Positions 1-8,566 of a stretch of DNA of 64,000 nt are shown in pieces. The notes beneath the pieces are model-generated. The model had not been told where the DNA came from. It did not search any database and saw only the letters and a list, made by a program, of their open reading frames with translations. Source of the DNA: Actinomycetes bacterium. GTDB lineage: Bacteria; Actinomycetota; Thermoleophilia; BMS3ABIN01. The stretch spans positions 2,741 through 66,740 of the forward strand of contig JAJYLW010000011.1 in NCBI GenBank assembly GCA_021787475.1, in the 5' to 3' direction. Made by a program: the position numbers and the translations under genes. How positions within the stretch are numbered: position 1 is the stretch's first letter; every line of letters starts with the position of its first letter.

Positions 1-89
1 GTGCCGGTGAAAGCGCACAGCAGGAAGGCTACAATCGCCGCCAAAGCGACAGCGCAAGAAAATTTCACCTTTATGCGACTGGGGCGCAC
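1..89 (-). CDS. 5' end of a probable secreted protein (runs off the window)
   Basis: Manual translation from GTG at 89: MRPSRIKVKFSCAVALAAIVAFLLCAFTG..., a basic N-region plus hydrophobic stretch; GGAG upstream. Confidence 0.55.
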   Translation of the reverse strand, partial: MRPSRIKVKFSCAVALAAIVAFLLCAFTG

Positions 90-108
90 ACAAAAACTCC
101 ACTCTAAT

Positions 109-138
109 ACTCTTTCTGCCAGAACTCTTTCTGCCAGA
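109..138. repeat. Exact 15-bp tandem duplication (ACTCTTTCTGCCAGA x2)
   Basis: Copies read directly at 109-123 and 124-138. Confidence 0.9.
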
Positions 139-215
139 TTACCCAGGATCGGTTCCGGAGAGGTTTTATTATAGGAACCTCTGATTATCTCTCAACTAAA
201 CATTTTATAATAGGA

Positions 216-434
216 ATGCCGGAAAGTCAACCCGGGGCCGTCTACTACCAGGTGACCATTGCCGGGCAAAATCCTGGGCCAGGATCAACAGGGCAGGTTG
301 CCAGCGGCCAGAACGTCACCCCCACCTTCCCGGGGAAGATGGGCGGCCCGGTTGCCGTATCAGCCACCGGCAACGTGATTGCCTCCCAGCGGGTGCTTTA
401 CAACGGCTACTTTAACGAGGTGCTGGGGCAGTAG
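216..434 (+). pseudogene. 3' fragment of a WYD-repeat surface protein
   Basis: VYYQVTIAG...TPTFPGKMGGPV...IASQRVLYNGYFNEVLG matches the C-terminal part of the repeats in 9069-11681; lacks the WYD/NW start and any signal peptide. Confidence 0.65.
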
Positions 435-700
435 CTGGGAAAGAACGCAGAGACCTTTCGGCCCGCATATTCCAGACCGGCTCGGGCAAATATGTAGTCG
501 CTCAAGTGTTCTGAAACTGGTGGGAGATGGAATAAGGTAGTCACTGCGCCCGCGTCTGCCGGACGCCGGCGGAAGTGTACGAGCTGCTTTTATGGGAAGA
601 CGACGAGGGTAACGCCGGCCTGTCTAACCGGGCCAAGGAAGCGCTGGCGGCGGCTGAGAATGATTCAGCCTTCGAGGGATTGACGCTGGAAGAATTGTAG
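431..700 (+). pseudogene. Decayed ORF, probably of mobile-element origin
   Basis: One frame reads ...RIFQTGSGKYVVAQVF*NWWEME*GSHCARVCRTPAEVYELLLWEDDEGNAGLSNRAKEALAAAENDSAFEGLTLEEL*; stops at 512-514 and 533-535; terminator follows. Confidence 0.4.
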
Positions 701-745
701 CAGACGCGCCGGGCAGAAGCTTAAACGGCCTCTCAGTGATTCAGG

Positions 746-776
746 GGAGGGTTTCCGGTTGGGAGCCCTCCTTTTT
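746..776 (+). terminator. Intrinsic terminator
   Basis: GGAGGGTTTCC-GGTT-GGGAGCCCTCC stem followed by T5. Confidence 0.7.
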
Positions 777-977
777 GCCTTTAATTTGCCGGCCCGACCC
801 CACGGTCCCCGACAAAAAAGCTGCCCCCGTCTCCAAGCCGCTTTATGGCTTCGCCACACTGAGCGAGCACGCGCCGAGCAGCTTTTTTCACCTGTTCGGA
901 CCGCTCGGGAGGGTTAGGCGCAAGCTCAGAAAGGCAAACAGGAGCCATGAGGACGCTCCTTTTTCTTTCTTATCCAT

Positions 978-2381
978 TCAAAAAACCTTACTTCTGAGCC
1001 CAGCCGTCCTCGGCATATGAGGATTATCTTCGGGGTGACTGATACGCGCTAGGCCAAGCGCCTGCCCATGGATTCCGGGAGCCGTTGAAAGCACCAGAGC
1101 GTCAAACAGGTCCGGACCTCTTCCCATCCGCTTCTTGGTTTCCTCTTTCAACTCGATCTGGATACGCCCGTTGCGAACACGGTACTTTATCGCCAGTATC
1201 TGCCGACGCAGCTCGGCGTCATCCGGCAAGTCAACCAGCTCATTGTGCAGCAGTTCCCGCAGGTGCCAGACCATTTCAGCTTTCAGATCGTAGAACTTGG
1301 CTGGGTCGTTGGCCTTGGCATTGGCGATGACCCCCACTACCGGGTGGTTGCGCTGCCTGAGCCGGTCGGTTACGCCGCCGCCCAAGCCAACATCGTCAAT
1401 CTTGATCGCGGCGACAGGAACATCGGTGCCCACATAACCATGTATCAGGTCCGCCGTCTGCATCGTGTCGAGCTTCTTCTTGCGGGCAACCAGATCGATA
1501 TGCAAACCCTGGCGCCGGAAAATAACGGTCTCATCGCCGCCAAACCTGGCAATATCAGCACCGTATTCCACCACTGGCCCGGAGGCGGGAATAACACGCT
1601 TCATCGCTTTGTCCACGTCGGCAAAATCAAACACCTGATCGACCGAGCCGACGGCGTTCCAGTCGCCCTCCAGGTACGCCGCCAGCAGCTCGGGCGTATC
1701 GGCATAAATTTCACGCACTGACTCGATGTAGTCATTCGACAAATAGGGGTTGTCGGATGACAACGCCGGCACATAGCCATGGCCGGGTTTGGGCGTCTCG
1801 ATAAACTCGGGTATCAGCCAACACTGCTCGGGGTTGGACGCCAGGATCGTGATGTAATTGCCCGCCGCGGCTGGCGTCCGGCCCACCCGGGCGATCGCCA
1901 TCTTGGCCGATAGCCAGTCAACCTCGCTCGCCTCATCGATAAACAGGTAACCCAGCTCTAGCGACTTTACTTTTTCTCTGTCCTTGTGATCGCCCAGGCC
2001 GCCGTAGTCGATGCGGCTGCCATTGCGGTGCAGGAAATATTGCTCCGAGACATGGTGCTGCCAGCCGGGGCGGCTAAGGATGTCAACGCGCTCCAGGAGC
2101 GTCTGCAGCGTCGTGCGTTTAAAGACCACCGACTCCTTGCGGCACATGTAGCCGCGATTTCCGGGGATTGACTCACATAGATAAACACCGTAGGCGCAGC
2201 CGAAGTAAGACTTGCCGCCGCCGAACGCGCCGCCGTAGAGGATGACAGGAGCCGGACGTTCTGAGCGTTTGGCCGCGATTACGTAAAGGGCTTGCTGCTG
2301 CCGGGGGGTCCAGGTGAAAGGACTACTAAGCCGGCGGCGCTCAAGTTCACGCATGACGGTTTTAAGAAAGAGCCGGCTCAT
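978..2381 (-). CDS. terL: Phage terminase large subunit
   Basis: Walker A YGGAFGGGKS, Walker B LFIDEASE, C-terminal RNase H-like nuclease GADIARFGGDETV. Confidence 0.88.
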   Translation of the reverse strand: MSRLFLKTVMRELERRRLSSPFTWTPRQQQALYVIAAKRSERPAPVILYGGAFGGGKSYFGCAYGVYLCESIPGNRGYMCRKESVVFKRTTLQTLLERVDILSRPGWQHHVSEQYFLHRNGSRIDYGGLGDHKDREKVKSLELGYLFIDEASEVDWLSAKMAIARVGRTPAAAGNYITILASNPEQCWLIPEFIETPKPGHGYVPALSSDNPYLSNDYIESVREIYADTPELLAAYLEGDWNAVGSVDQVFDFADVDKAMKRVIPASGPVVEYGADIARFGGDETVIFRRQGLHIDLVARKKKLDTMQTADLIHGYVGTDVPVAAIKIDDVGLGGGVTDRLRQRNHPVVGVIANAKANDPAKFYDLKAEMVWHLRELLHNELVDLPDDAELRRQILAIKYRVRNGRIQIELKEETKKRMGRGPDLFDALVLSTAPGIHGQALGLARISHPEDNPHMPRTAGLRSKVF

Positions 2382-2707
2382 TTGGCGGCCTCCGTTTTTC
2401 TGCCGATAAAACGGACTCCAAGTTCTTCCTCCAGAAGTGCAATGAGATCGGTCTCGCTCAGTCCAGAGAGATCGTCTTCAACGTCTAGCGACAAGCGATC
2501 TCCGATTAAATGCTTTCCGAGCCATTCGCGCGCCCGGGGATCACCCCGCTTTGCATCTGCCACCGCCTTTTCAACAATGGCTTTCCAGTCATCCGGGGAC
2601 ACGGCCTCGGTGAGGGTTTCCAGGTAATCCTCTTCCACTTGCCGCCGGGGCCCGCCCGGCCCGCCCGGATTTCCTTTTGTAAAACGGCCCCTGCTATCGC
2701 GTGTCAC
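2378..2707 (-). CDS. DUF5681-like protein, putative terminase small subunit
   Basis: N-terminal GRFTKGNPGGPG motif; 4-bp overlap directly upstream of terL. Confidence 0.55.
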   Translation of the reverse strand: MTRDSRGRFTKGNPGGPGGPRRQVEEDYLETLTEAVSPDDWKAIVEKAVADAKRGDPRAREWLGKHLIGDRLSLDVEDDLSGLSETDLIALLEEELGVRFIGRKTEAAK

Positions 2708-3096
2708 GCTGCCGCTCCTTTCTGGTGAGCCTCAAACAGTTTCAGCGCTAGCTTCTCCCTAAGTTCCAGGATAGCCTTGAGCCTTCCGGTGTCCAGTGAC
2801 CAGTACGCGCGGTGGAGTTCGGCCTCCAGGCGCTCCCACTCGGCAGTGTCCAGCGGGCAGCCTTTCGGCCATGCCTTGGCCAGTCGCCGGGTAGATTCGA
2901 GTAGCAGCGCGTCCGCCTCTTCCTGAAACCTAAGCAGCGAAAGAAGCTCGGGCTTGTGATTCTTGAGCGATTGCACTAGGCTGTCCGGCAGCTTCTTGCT
3001 AAATGGGGTCGGCTCCAGGATAAGATCATCGCCGTCACGTTTGACTATGAAGTAATGGTCGATGACCTGGCTAAATAGTTCAGCCGCCGGATTCAT
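2704..3096 (-). CDS. Hypothetical replication-associated phage/satellite protein
   Basis: Coupled to both neighbours by 4-bp overlaps; LKNHKPELLSLL resembles TubC-N-like small domains found next to primases. Confidence 0.55.
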   Translation of the reverse strand: MNPAAELFSQVIDHYFIVKRDGDDLILEPTPFSKKLPDSLVQSLKNHKPELLSLLRFQEEADALLLESTRRLAKAWPKGCPLDTAEWERLEAELHRAYWSLDTGRLKAILELREKLALKLFEAHQKGAAA

Positions 3097-4577
3097 ATCT
3101 GAATCGCTCCCTCTCGCTCCAGAGGTGCCAAATCATCTTCGGAGAATGGTTGCACGGACTCCCTACTCCCTCCGCTCCCTCTTAGGACTATTGAATCCTC
3201 GTTATCTTCTCCAGAGGGATCGGAGGGAGCAGAGGGACTGGGCGTAAAAGGGACTCTGTACTTTCCATAATCCTGCTTTTTGATTTCGCCTTGTTCGGCC
3301 ATTTTGGGCATCAGTTTCTTTACCGCCTCGTAATCCTGGCCGGTCTTCTTTGCAACCACCTTCGGACCTAACGCCTCAGTTGACTTACGCAGGCACTCAA
3401 TTATTTTTTGCCGAGGGACGCTTCGCATGTGGTCTTCGGCGCTGCCGTCCAGCCTTGTCCAGAGGAAGTTGTCAAATGCCAGGGCAAGGTCCACCTCCGC
3501 CAGGTCCCGCCCGGTGCAGCGTAGCCTGCCATCGGCGCGGCCTTCACCGCCCTTGGAAAGAAGCATGACCGCGTCCGCAGTTCCTGTCAGGCCGTTGGAA
3601 CCGCTGATAAGCTCCATCCAATTGTCTAAGCCCTGCCTTTGATTCGTGTGGTGGACAGCCAGCGCAGCAATCCCAAATTCATCGGCCAGAGTTTTCAGCG
3701 GCCCCATGGCGGAGTAGTCTTCATCGTAGATATTTCCGCCCTTCGACCGCTGCCTAATTCTCACAAAGACATCCACGATAACTAGCCGCGTATCTGGATG
3801 TTTCTTTAGCCAGCTTCTTAGCTTTTCGTCGCCGCCGTCATCTAATCTTGGCCAGCCGATTTCAAGGTGAAGATTATTCGGTGCGGAGTTCCCCTGAAGC
3901 AGTTTTAACCCCCTGCTTTTGAGCCGTCGCCAGTTGTCTTCAAGCGCCAGATAAAGCACACGGCCCGATGTGCGGATCCTGCAATCAAGAAACGTGGCAC
4001 GACTACCAGCCAGGTCTGCAGCCAGGTCAAAGACAAACCACGACTTACCTATTTTTGGACTGCCCGCCAGCACGGTTAGCCCTACCTCGGGCAGCAGACC
4101 CTCCACGAGCCATTCAGGTTCCGGAAAGTCGGCAGCCACGAGTTCTGCAAGGGTGTAGCCCGTTTCGGGTGCGTGGCCTACTCTGTGAAGCTCGGGCAGT
4201 TCGCCGCCTTCTTCTGCAAGCTGTATTTTCTTTTTGGCTTCCTGGATCACAGTTCGCCGGACAGAATTTTCCTTGACTATCTCGGCATACTGAGCAGCGT
4301 TTGAGGCTACCGGGCATAGATTCAGCAATGTGTGGATATAGTTAGCACCACCGGCGCTTTCCAGCTCGCCCTGAGACTTGAGATGTTCTATTAAAGTCAC
4401 CGGGTCCGCATTCTCAAGTTCAAGTATTGCCTTGAAAATTAACCTGTGGGAATCGCGGTAGAAGTCCTCCGCGACAATTTCTGCCACTTGCGATATGACG
4501 TCGGGGGTTATCAAACATGCTCCCAGACCAGACTGCTCGGCTTCCAGGCTGTGCGGCGGCACGGCTGGCTTGCTCAT
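3093..4577 (-). CDS. Replicase: DnaB N-terminal domain fused to AAA_25 (RepA-like) helicase
   Basis: PPHSLEAEQ DnaB-N motif, Walker A GSPKIGKS, LYLALED, VIVD, HHTN; start moved to ATG 4577 (ATGA overlap). Confidence 0.8.
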   Translation of the reverse strand: MSKPAVPPHSLEAEQSGLGACLITPDVISQVAEIVAEDFYRDSHRLIFKAILELENADPVTLIEHLKSQGELESAGGANYIHTLLNLCPVASNAAQYAEIVKENSVRRTVIQEAKKKIQLAEEGGELPELHRVGHAPETGYTLAELVAADFPEPEWLVEGLLPEVGLTVLAGSPKIGKSWFVFDLAADLAGSRATFLDCRIRTSGRVLYLALEDNWRRLKSRGLKLLQGNSAPNNLHLEIGWPRLDDGGDEKLRSWLKKHPDTRLVIVDVFVRIRQRSKGGNIYDEDYSAMGPLKTLADEFGIAALAVHHTNQRQGLDNWMELISGSNGLTGTADAVMLLSKGGEGRADGRLRCTGRDLAEVDLALAFDNFLWTRLDGSAEDHMRSVPRQKIIECLRKSTEALGPKVVAKKTGQDYEAVKKLMPKMAEQGEIKKQDYGKYRVPFTPSPSAPSDPSGEDNEDSIVLRGSGGSRESVQPFSEDDLAPLEREGAIQI

Positions 4578-4702
4578 CGGGAATCCCCGCCTTCCGCGCA
4601 GGCCAGCAGTTTTTCCATCAGCGCAAGTGTCTGCCGCTCCAGCTCTGCTTTCTGCCGCCCGATCTGCGCCAGTTCGATTAGGATTTTTTGAATCTCGGTC
4701 AT
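4574..4702 (-). CDS. 42-aa coiled-coil hypothetical protein (not in ORF track)
   Basis: MTEIQKILIELAQIGRQKAELERQTLALMEKLLACAEGGDSR; TAATG overlap with xis stop and ATGA overlap with rep start. Confidence 0.6.
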   Translation of the reverse strand: MTEIQKILIELAQIGRQKAELERQTLALMEKLLACAEGGDSR

Positions 4703-4905
4703 TAGAACACGCCTCCGGGGACCACGCGGCGAGCCTCCATGAATTTTTCAACGTCGCTTTTTTTATAGCGGACCGCCGTGCCGCCAACCTTTAAATACTC
4801 TGGCCCCCGCCCCAGCGCTCGCCAGTTTCGGAGCGTCGATAGCGCCAAGGCCGTCATCTCTGAAACTTGAGCCTCTGTTAGATATTTGTCTTCCAACAAA
4901 TTCAC
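4702..4905 (-). CDS. AlpA/Xis-like helix-turn-helix protein
   Basis: YLTEAQVSEMTALALSTLRNWRALGRGPEYLKVGGTAVRY, typical HTH_17/excisionase. Confidence 0.85.
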   Translation of the reverse strand: MNLLEDKYLTEAQVSEMTALALSTLRNWRALGRGPEYLKVGGTAVRYKKSDVEKFMEARRVVPGGVF

Positions 4906-4986
4906 CTCCGCGCTTGTCTTTGCTTTTCTATTTACGTAGACTAACGCACAGCGGAAAGAGCTATAAATATTTTACAAGGCCTGCAA

Positions 4987-5818
4987 ATGACGCGATTTAT
5001 AGACATCAAACGATTGAGATATGCAGGAGAATTTAAATTTCTGTGCGAACAGAAGGGCTTAAACGGCGAAGGAGTCAAGCCTCTTTACCGGCTGAGTACT
5101 CATAACCCAGCGGCGCTCTTGCCGGACTATGAATCCAAGGATTTCTTCGATCAAATGAAACATCCCTTGAACAAATGGGGACTTACGTCAAGAGGCGGGT
5201 TCCCTGTTTTTGTCCGCTATCAAGAATACTCAGCTTTTCTCAATCAAGCCGGACAAAGGCGGCCATTTCCATGAGTTTATGCGTCAATCTTTCAGGGCGG
5301 CGTGGGACTTATCTGGAATTGAGAGAAAGTGGAAGGGATACCTGCCCGGCGGCACCACCACTTCCTTAAAGAGGAATGCCTGGGAAATATTTAGGCCTCA
5401 TGCCCTTGAGTTAAAAAAACAAGAGTCTGTCCGTTCGCCGGCGGCGCTGCTTAGAACTGCCACGGCCGAATTTGAGAGGTATCTGGTCGATCCACAAAGA
5501 GGAGAGTTTCCTCTTGAAACTCAGTGGGAGCTTTACGCTGAACTGATAATCCAATCCCGATGCCTGTATCTCTGGGATAGGGCTGCCGGCGGTTGGGAAA
5601 GAAATCAGGTTTCCGAGCGCGATTTCCTTGATAACGTTTTGCCGCCGTTGCGCTTGTGTCGCTATTGTGGCGACATCTTCACACAAGCACGGGGTTACAA
5701 GATTTCCTTCCGTTGTAACAAGCACGCCTGTAAAAATGCTGAGGATCGAAGATACATGAGAAAGCGCCGGGAACTACAGGCGGCAGGCAAACCGGCGCCG
5801 GATATTAAAGGCTACTAG
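4987..5818 (+). pseudogene. Divergent regulator-like gene with C-terminal CGNR-like zinc finger, split into ORFs 4987-5274 and 5210-5818
   Basis: Two ORFs overlapping 65 bp in adjacent frames; C-terminal CRYC...F...CNKHACKN..RRYMRKRR. Confidence 0.45.
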
Positions 5819-5846
5819 CCTTAATCTTTCCAAATCCTTACAGTTG

Positions 5847-6206
5847 TTAACCGACTGCCCGTTTATGGGTATTGCTTGCCCGGCGCTCTCTTGTATTAGA
5901 AGCCGGCACAAATTTGATCTCGACTTCGCAGCCGACGGCCTGGGCGTACTTCTTTAGCGTCATCACGGATGGGGAATGTTTTCCGGCAGCCTCCAGCCGC
6001 GATACCGCGCTTTTAGTCGTTCCCATTCTCTTGGCAACTGCTTCTTGAGTCAGGCCCGCCTTTGACCGGGCGCGGAGGAGTTCGCGGACAAGGGCGTATT
6101 TATCTTCCAGTTCCTGGTACGCCTCTTTGAAGCCGGCGCGTTTTCCGGCCCGCTTAAGAAACTTCTCATGGTCATGACGCACGGGGCGATATTTAAGGTC
6201 AGCCAT
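5847..6206 (-). CDS. XRE-family HTH antitoxin (HigA-like)
   Basis: RARSKAGLTQEAVAKRMGTTKSAVSRLE; directly downstream of the toxin. Confidence 0.85.
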   Translation of the reverse strand: MADLKYRPVRHDHEKFLKRAGKRAGFKEAYQELEDKYALVRELLRARSKAGLTQEAVAKRMGTTKSAVSRLEAAGKHSPSVMTLKKYAQAVGCEVEIKFVPASNTRERRASNTHKRAVG

Positions 6207-6525
6207 TTTGCACCTCTTTCATTCTTTCCCTGGCAATCTTTAAATCACGCTCGGAAGTTTTCCGGGTTTTCTTTATGAATGCATGAAGGATAACCACGCG
6301 CTGGCCTGTGGCAAAGCAATAGCAAGCGCGCCCAATACCTTCACGTCCACGCGGCCTAAGCTCGAAAAGCCCTTTCCCCATTGCCTTTGAATGAGGCATT
6401 TTAAGATCGGGTCCGAACTCTATCAGCAGTTCCGCCAGCCGCGCGTAATCGGCCAGGATGCCTACCGGCCAGCCTTCTATCTCTGCTTCCACGCGCCGGT
6501 GGAAGTACTCGATTTCATAAGGCAT
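6199..6525 (-). CDS. RelE/ParE-superfamily toxin (Gp49/HigB-like)
   Basis: MPHSKAMGKGLFELR...ILHAFIKKTRKT; toxin-first gene order. Confidence 0.85.
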   Translation of the reverse strand: MPYEIEYFHRRVEAEIEGWPVGILADYARLAELLIEFGPDLKMPHSKAMGKGLFELRPRGREGIGRACYCFATGQRVVILHAFIKKTRKTSERDLKIARERMKEVQNG

Positions 6526-6572
6526 AAACTATGTTAGCATTTACGCTAACTTATTTCCAATTACTTCGGTTT

Positions 6573-7712
6573 CTAACCATTACCTTGCAAGGGAATTGCG
6601 TGCTGTCTTGCCGCCGCTTTAACCAACCTCCCCGCCAGCTCTGCCGCTTGCCTCAGGGCGTCATCCCGGATATGGGCGTATCGATGGGTAACGGTCTGGC
6701 CCTTGTGAGTCAGCAACCGGCTAACGATGTCCAATGAAACGTCATTGGAAACAAGCATGCTGGCAAACACGTGGCGGATTCCGTGCAGCGGCCTAAAGTC
6801 TGCCGGCAGCTCAGATTCCGCTTTCAGTTTGTTAACTAGTTTCGTGATGCTGTGGCGCTGGCCGCCGCCCACGCCAGGAAAGACATACGGGCTGCCCGTC
6901 TCTTCGGTTTCCTTGATCGTGGAAAGTAAAGCGCCGGCGTAGCTGGAAAGCGGTATCACTTCATCGCGCCCGCTCTTGGCGTCTCTCAGTACGATGTTAT
7001 TCCTGTGCCAGTCAATATCCGCCCACATTAGTTTAAACATTTCCCCGCGCCTCATGCCGGTATAGAGCGCCAGCTTCATCATGGCTGCGCCCTGGCGGTA
7101 GGGTGTCTGGTATTTGATATGACCGTCGATCACCTCAAGCAGCCTTGTCAGTTGCTCCGGGGTTAAGTCCTCGGTCTTCTGGTTGCTGACTCTTGGGAGC
7201 TGGACGGTAAACCCCGGCCCCTGGCAAAGGCCGCGCTTTGTGCCGAAGTTGATTATCCTGATCAGCAGTTGCAGCGTATGCGCTACGGTCTTTGGGGACT
7301 TGTCTTTTAGTTCACGTCGCTTAAGCCGGTCGATGCCCAGCGCCAGGATATCGGCAGGCAGAAGATGGCCGAAATATGGTTCAAGATACTTACCAAAAAG
7401 ATATTCCATCCCCTTTTCTTTGCGGCCCGGATTGGCGCGCTGATATTCCTCCCATAGCGCCGAGACTGTCCACTGCTGCTTTTTTCTGACTGCGCGGCGT
7501 TCTTGATTTGAAAGTTCCCCGCCGATTCTGCGGGCGCGTACCTGGGAGGCCTTGGCTGCCGTCATGTTATCCCGCTTCTGGCGGCCCGCCACTTCCTGCA
7601 CCTGTTTGAAAGTCCCGCCCTCACAGCGCAGGCGGTAGCTAATATAAAAAACCACGTCAGCTTCAGACTCGTACTTGTACACGCCTGGATATCTGGTTTT
7701 CGTAAGCTTCAT
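6573..7712 (-). CDS. int: Tyrosine recombinase/integrase
   Basis: Catalytic R (TGMRRGE), K, HGIR, H (LLTHK) and Y (HRYAH) intact; GGAGG RBS before ATG 7712. Confidence 0.92.
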   Translation of the reverse strand: MKLTKTRYPGVYKYESEADVVFYISYRLRCEGGTFKQVQEVAGRQKRDNMTAAKASQVRARRIGGELSNQERRAVRKKQQWTVSALWEEYQRANPGRKEKGMEYLFGKYLEPYFGHLLPADILALGIDRLKRRELKDKSPKTVAHTLQLLIRIINFGTKRGLCQGPGFTVQLPRVSNQKTEDLTPEQLTRLLEVIDGHIKYQTPYRQGAAMMKLALYTGMRRGEMFKLMWADIDWHRNNIVLRDAKSGRDEVIPLSSYAGALLSTIKETEETGSPYVFPGVGGGQRHSITKLVNKLKAESELPADFRPLHGIRHVFASMLVSNDVSLDIVSRLLTHKGQTVTHRYAHIRDDALRQAAELAGRLVKAAARQHAIPLQGNG

Positions 7713-7895
7713 GGTGCCTCCTGTTGCCATTAAGGAAAAACGTGAATGTTTGAAAATCGTCTTCCAAACACTATTCCAAACATTTTTGAAGTATATCGTG
7801 GTATAGTGGCGGAAGACAAGGGAAATGAGAAGGGCTGCGTTAGCAGGGATTTTGTGAAAAGGAGGTGAAAGACGTCAAACGGGGGAAAAGGGGAA

Positions 7896-7926
7896 TTCCC
7901 TGGTTCGAATCCAGGTACGCCCACCA
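7896..7926 (+). other. tRNA 3' fragment, putative attR core (isotype not determined)
   Basis: CCTGG-TTCGAAT-CCAGG T-arm, TACGCCC-A-CCA end; no 5' tRNA half upstream. Confidence 0.8.
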
Positions 7927-7929
7927 ATT

Positions 7930-7974
7930 TGGAAGCTGGAAGTTCGAAGGAGTTGGAAACAGGAATTTGGAACA
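7930..7974. repeat. Degenerate heptamer tandem array (TGGAANN)
   Basis: TGGAAGC TGGAAGT TCGAAGG ... TGGAAAC AGGAATT TGGAACA. Confidence 0.65.
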
Positions 7975-8089
7975 GAGCTTCCATCATCCGGCATCCGCTT
8001 AACCATGTCTTAATAATTCCTTTACTTTGGCTTCACGCTTTTTTGGAATAATTGAGCTGCAAGAAGAAAAACTCTTTGGAGGTAGAAAA

Positions 8090-8356
8090 ATGATGTACGG
8101 ATGGGGCTGGGACGGAGGCGCCGGTGTTGGCTGGCTCGGCATGATATTGATGATGGTCTTTTGGATCGCAGTGGTGGTTGGTATTGTGATGCTTGTGATC
8201 TGGCTGGTGCGCCAGGCGCAGGGCGGCCACGGGGCCGGCGCCGGCCCGGCGGCGCCGGCCGGTGAAACACCTCTCGATATCCTCAAGAAAAGGTATGCCC
8301 GCGGCGAGATCGACAAGGCGGAATTTGAAGAGAAGAAAAAGGACCTGGTTTCTTAG
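8090..8356 (+). CDS. SHOCT-domain membrane protein
   Basis: TM helix plus PLDILKKRYARGEIDKAEFEEKKKDL; GGAGGT RBS. Confidence 0.85.
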   Translation: MMYGWGWDGGAGVGWLGMILMMVFWIAVVVGIVMLVIWLVRQAQGGHGAGAGPAAPAGETPLDILKKRYARGEIDKAEFEEKKKDLVS

Positions 8357-8566
8357 GGCTCTTAGTGTGCCCGTGCTGGGCTTTTTAGCCTGCAAAATTA
8401 ACACTTTTTTAACTCTTCTCTTACACTTTCCTTATTTGCAAGATCGATAATTTGCACAAAGAGCCGGTTTGGCGGTCAATAGCAACAAACTGGCCTGCCG
8501 TCCCGCAGCTCCGTTTTGGCCGGAAATTTGGCCGGGCTTGAGGGCAATCTTCAGAGGAGGTATTAA

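Larger units (their letters stand above)
434..7926. mobile_element. Integrated phage-satellite-like or defective prophage element
   Basis: Integrase next to a tRNA 3' fragment, Xis, replicase, TA pair, terminase genes; left boundary uncertain. Confidence 0.75.

Noticed and set aside
7850-7926. Intact tRNA gene
   Set aside because: Only the T-arm, 3' acceptor strand and CCA are present; the required 5' GGGCGTA, D-arm and anticodon arm are absent.
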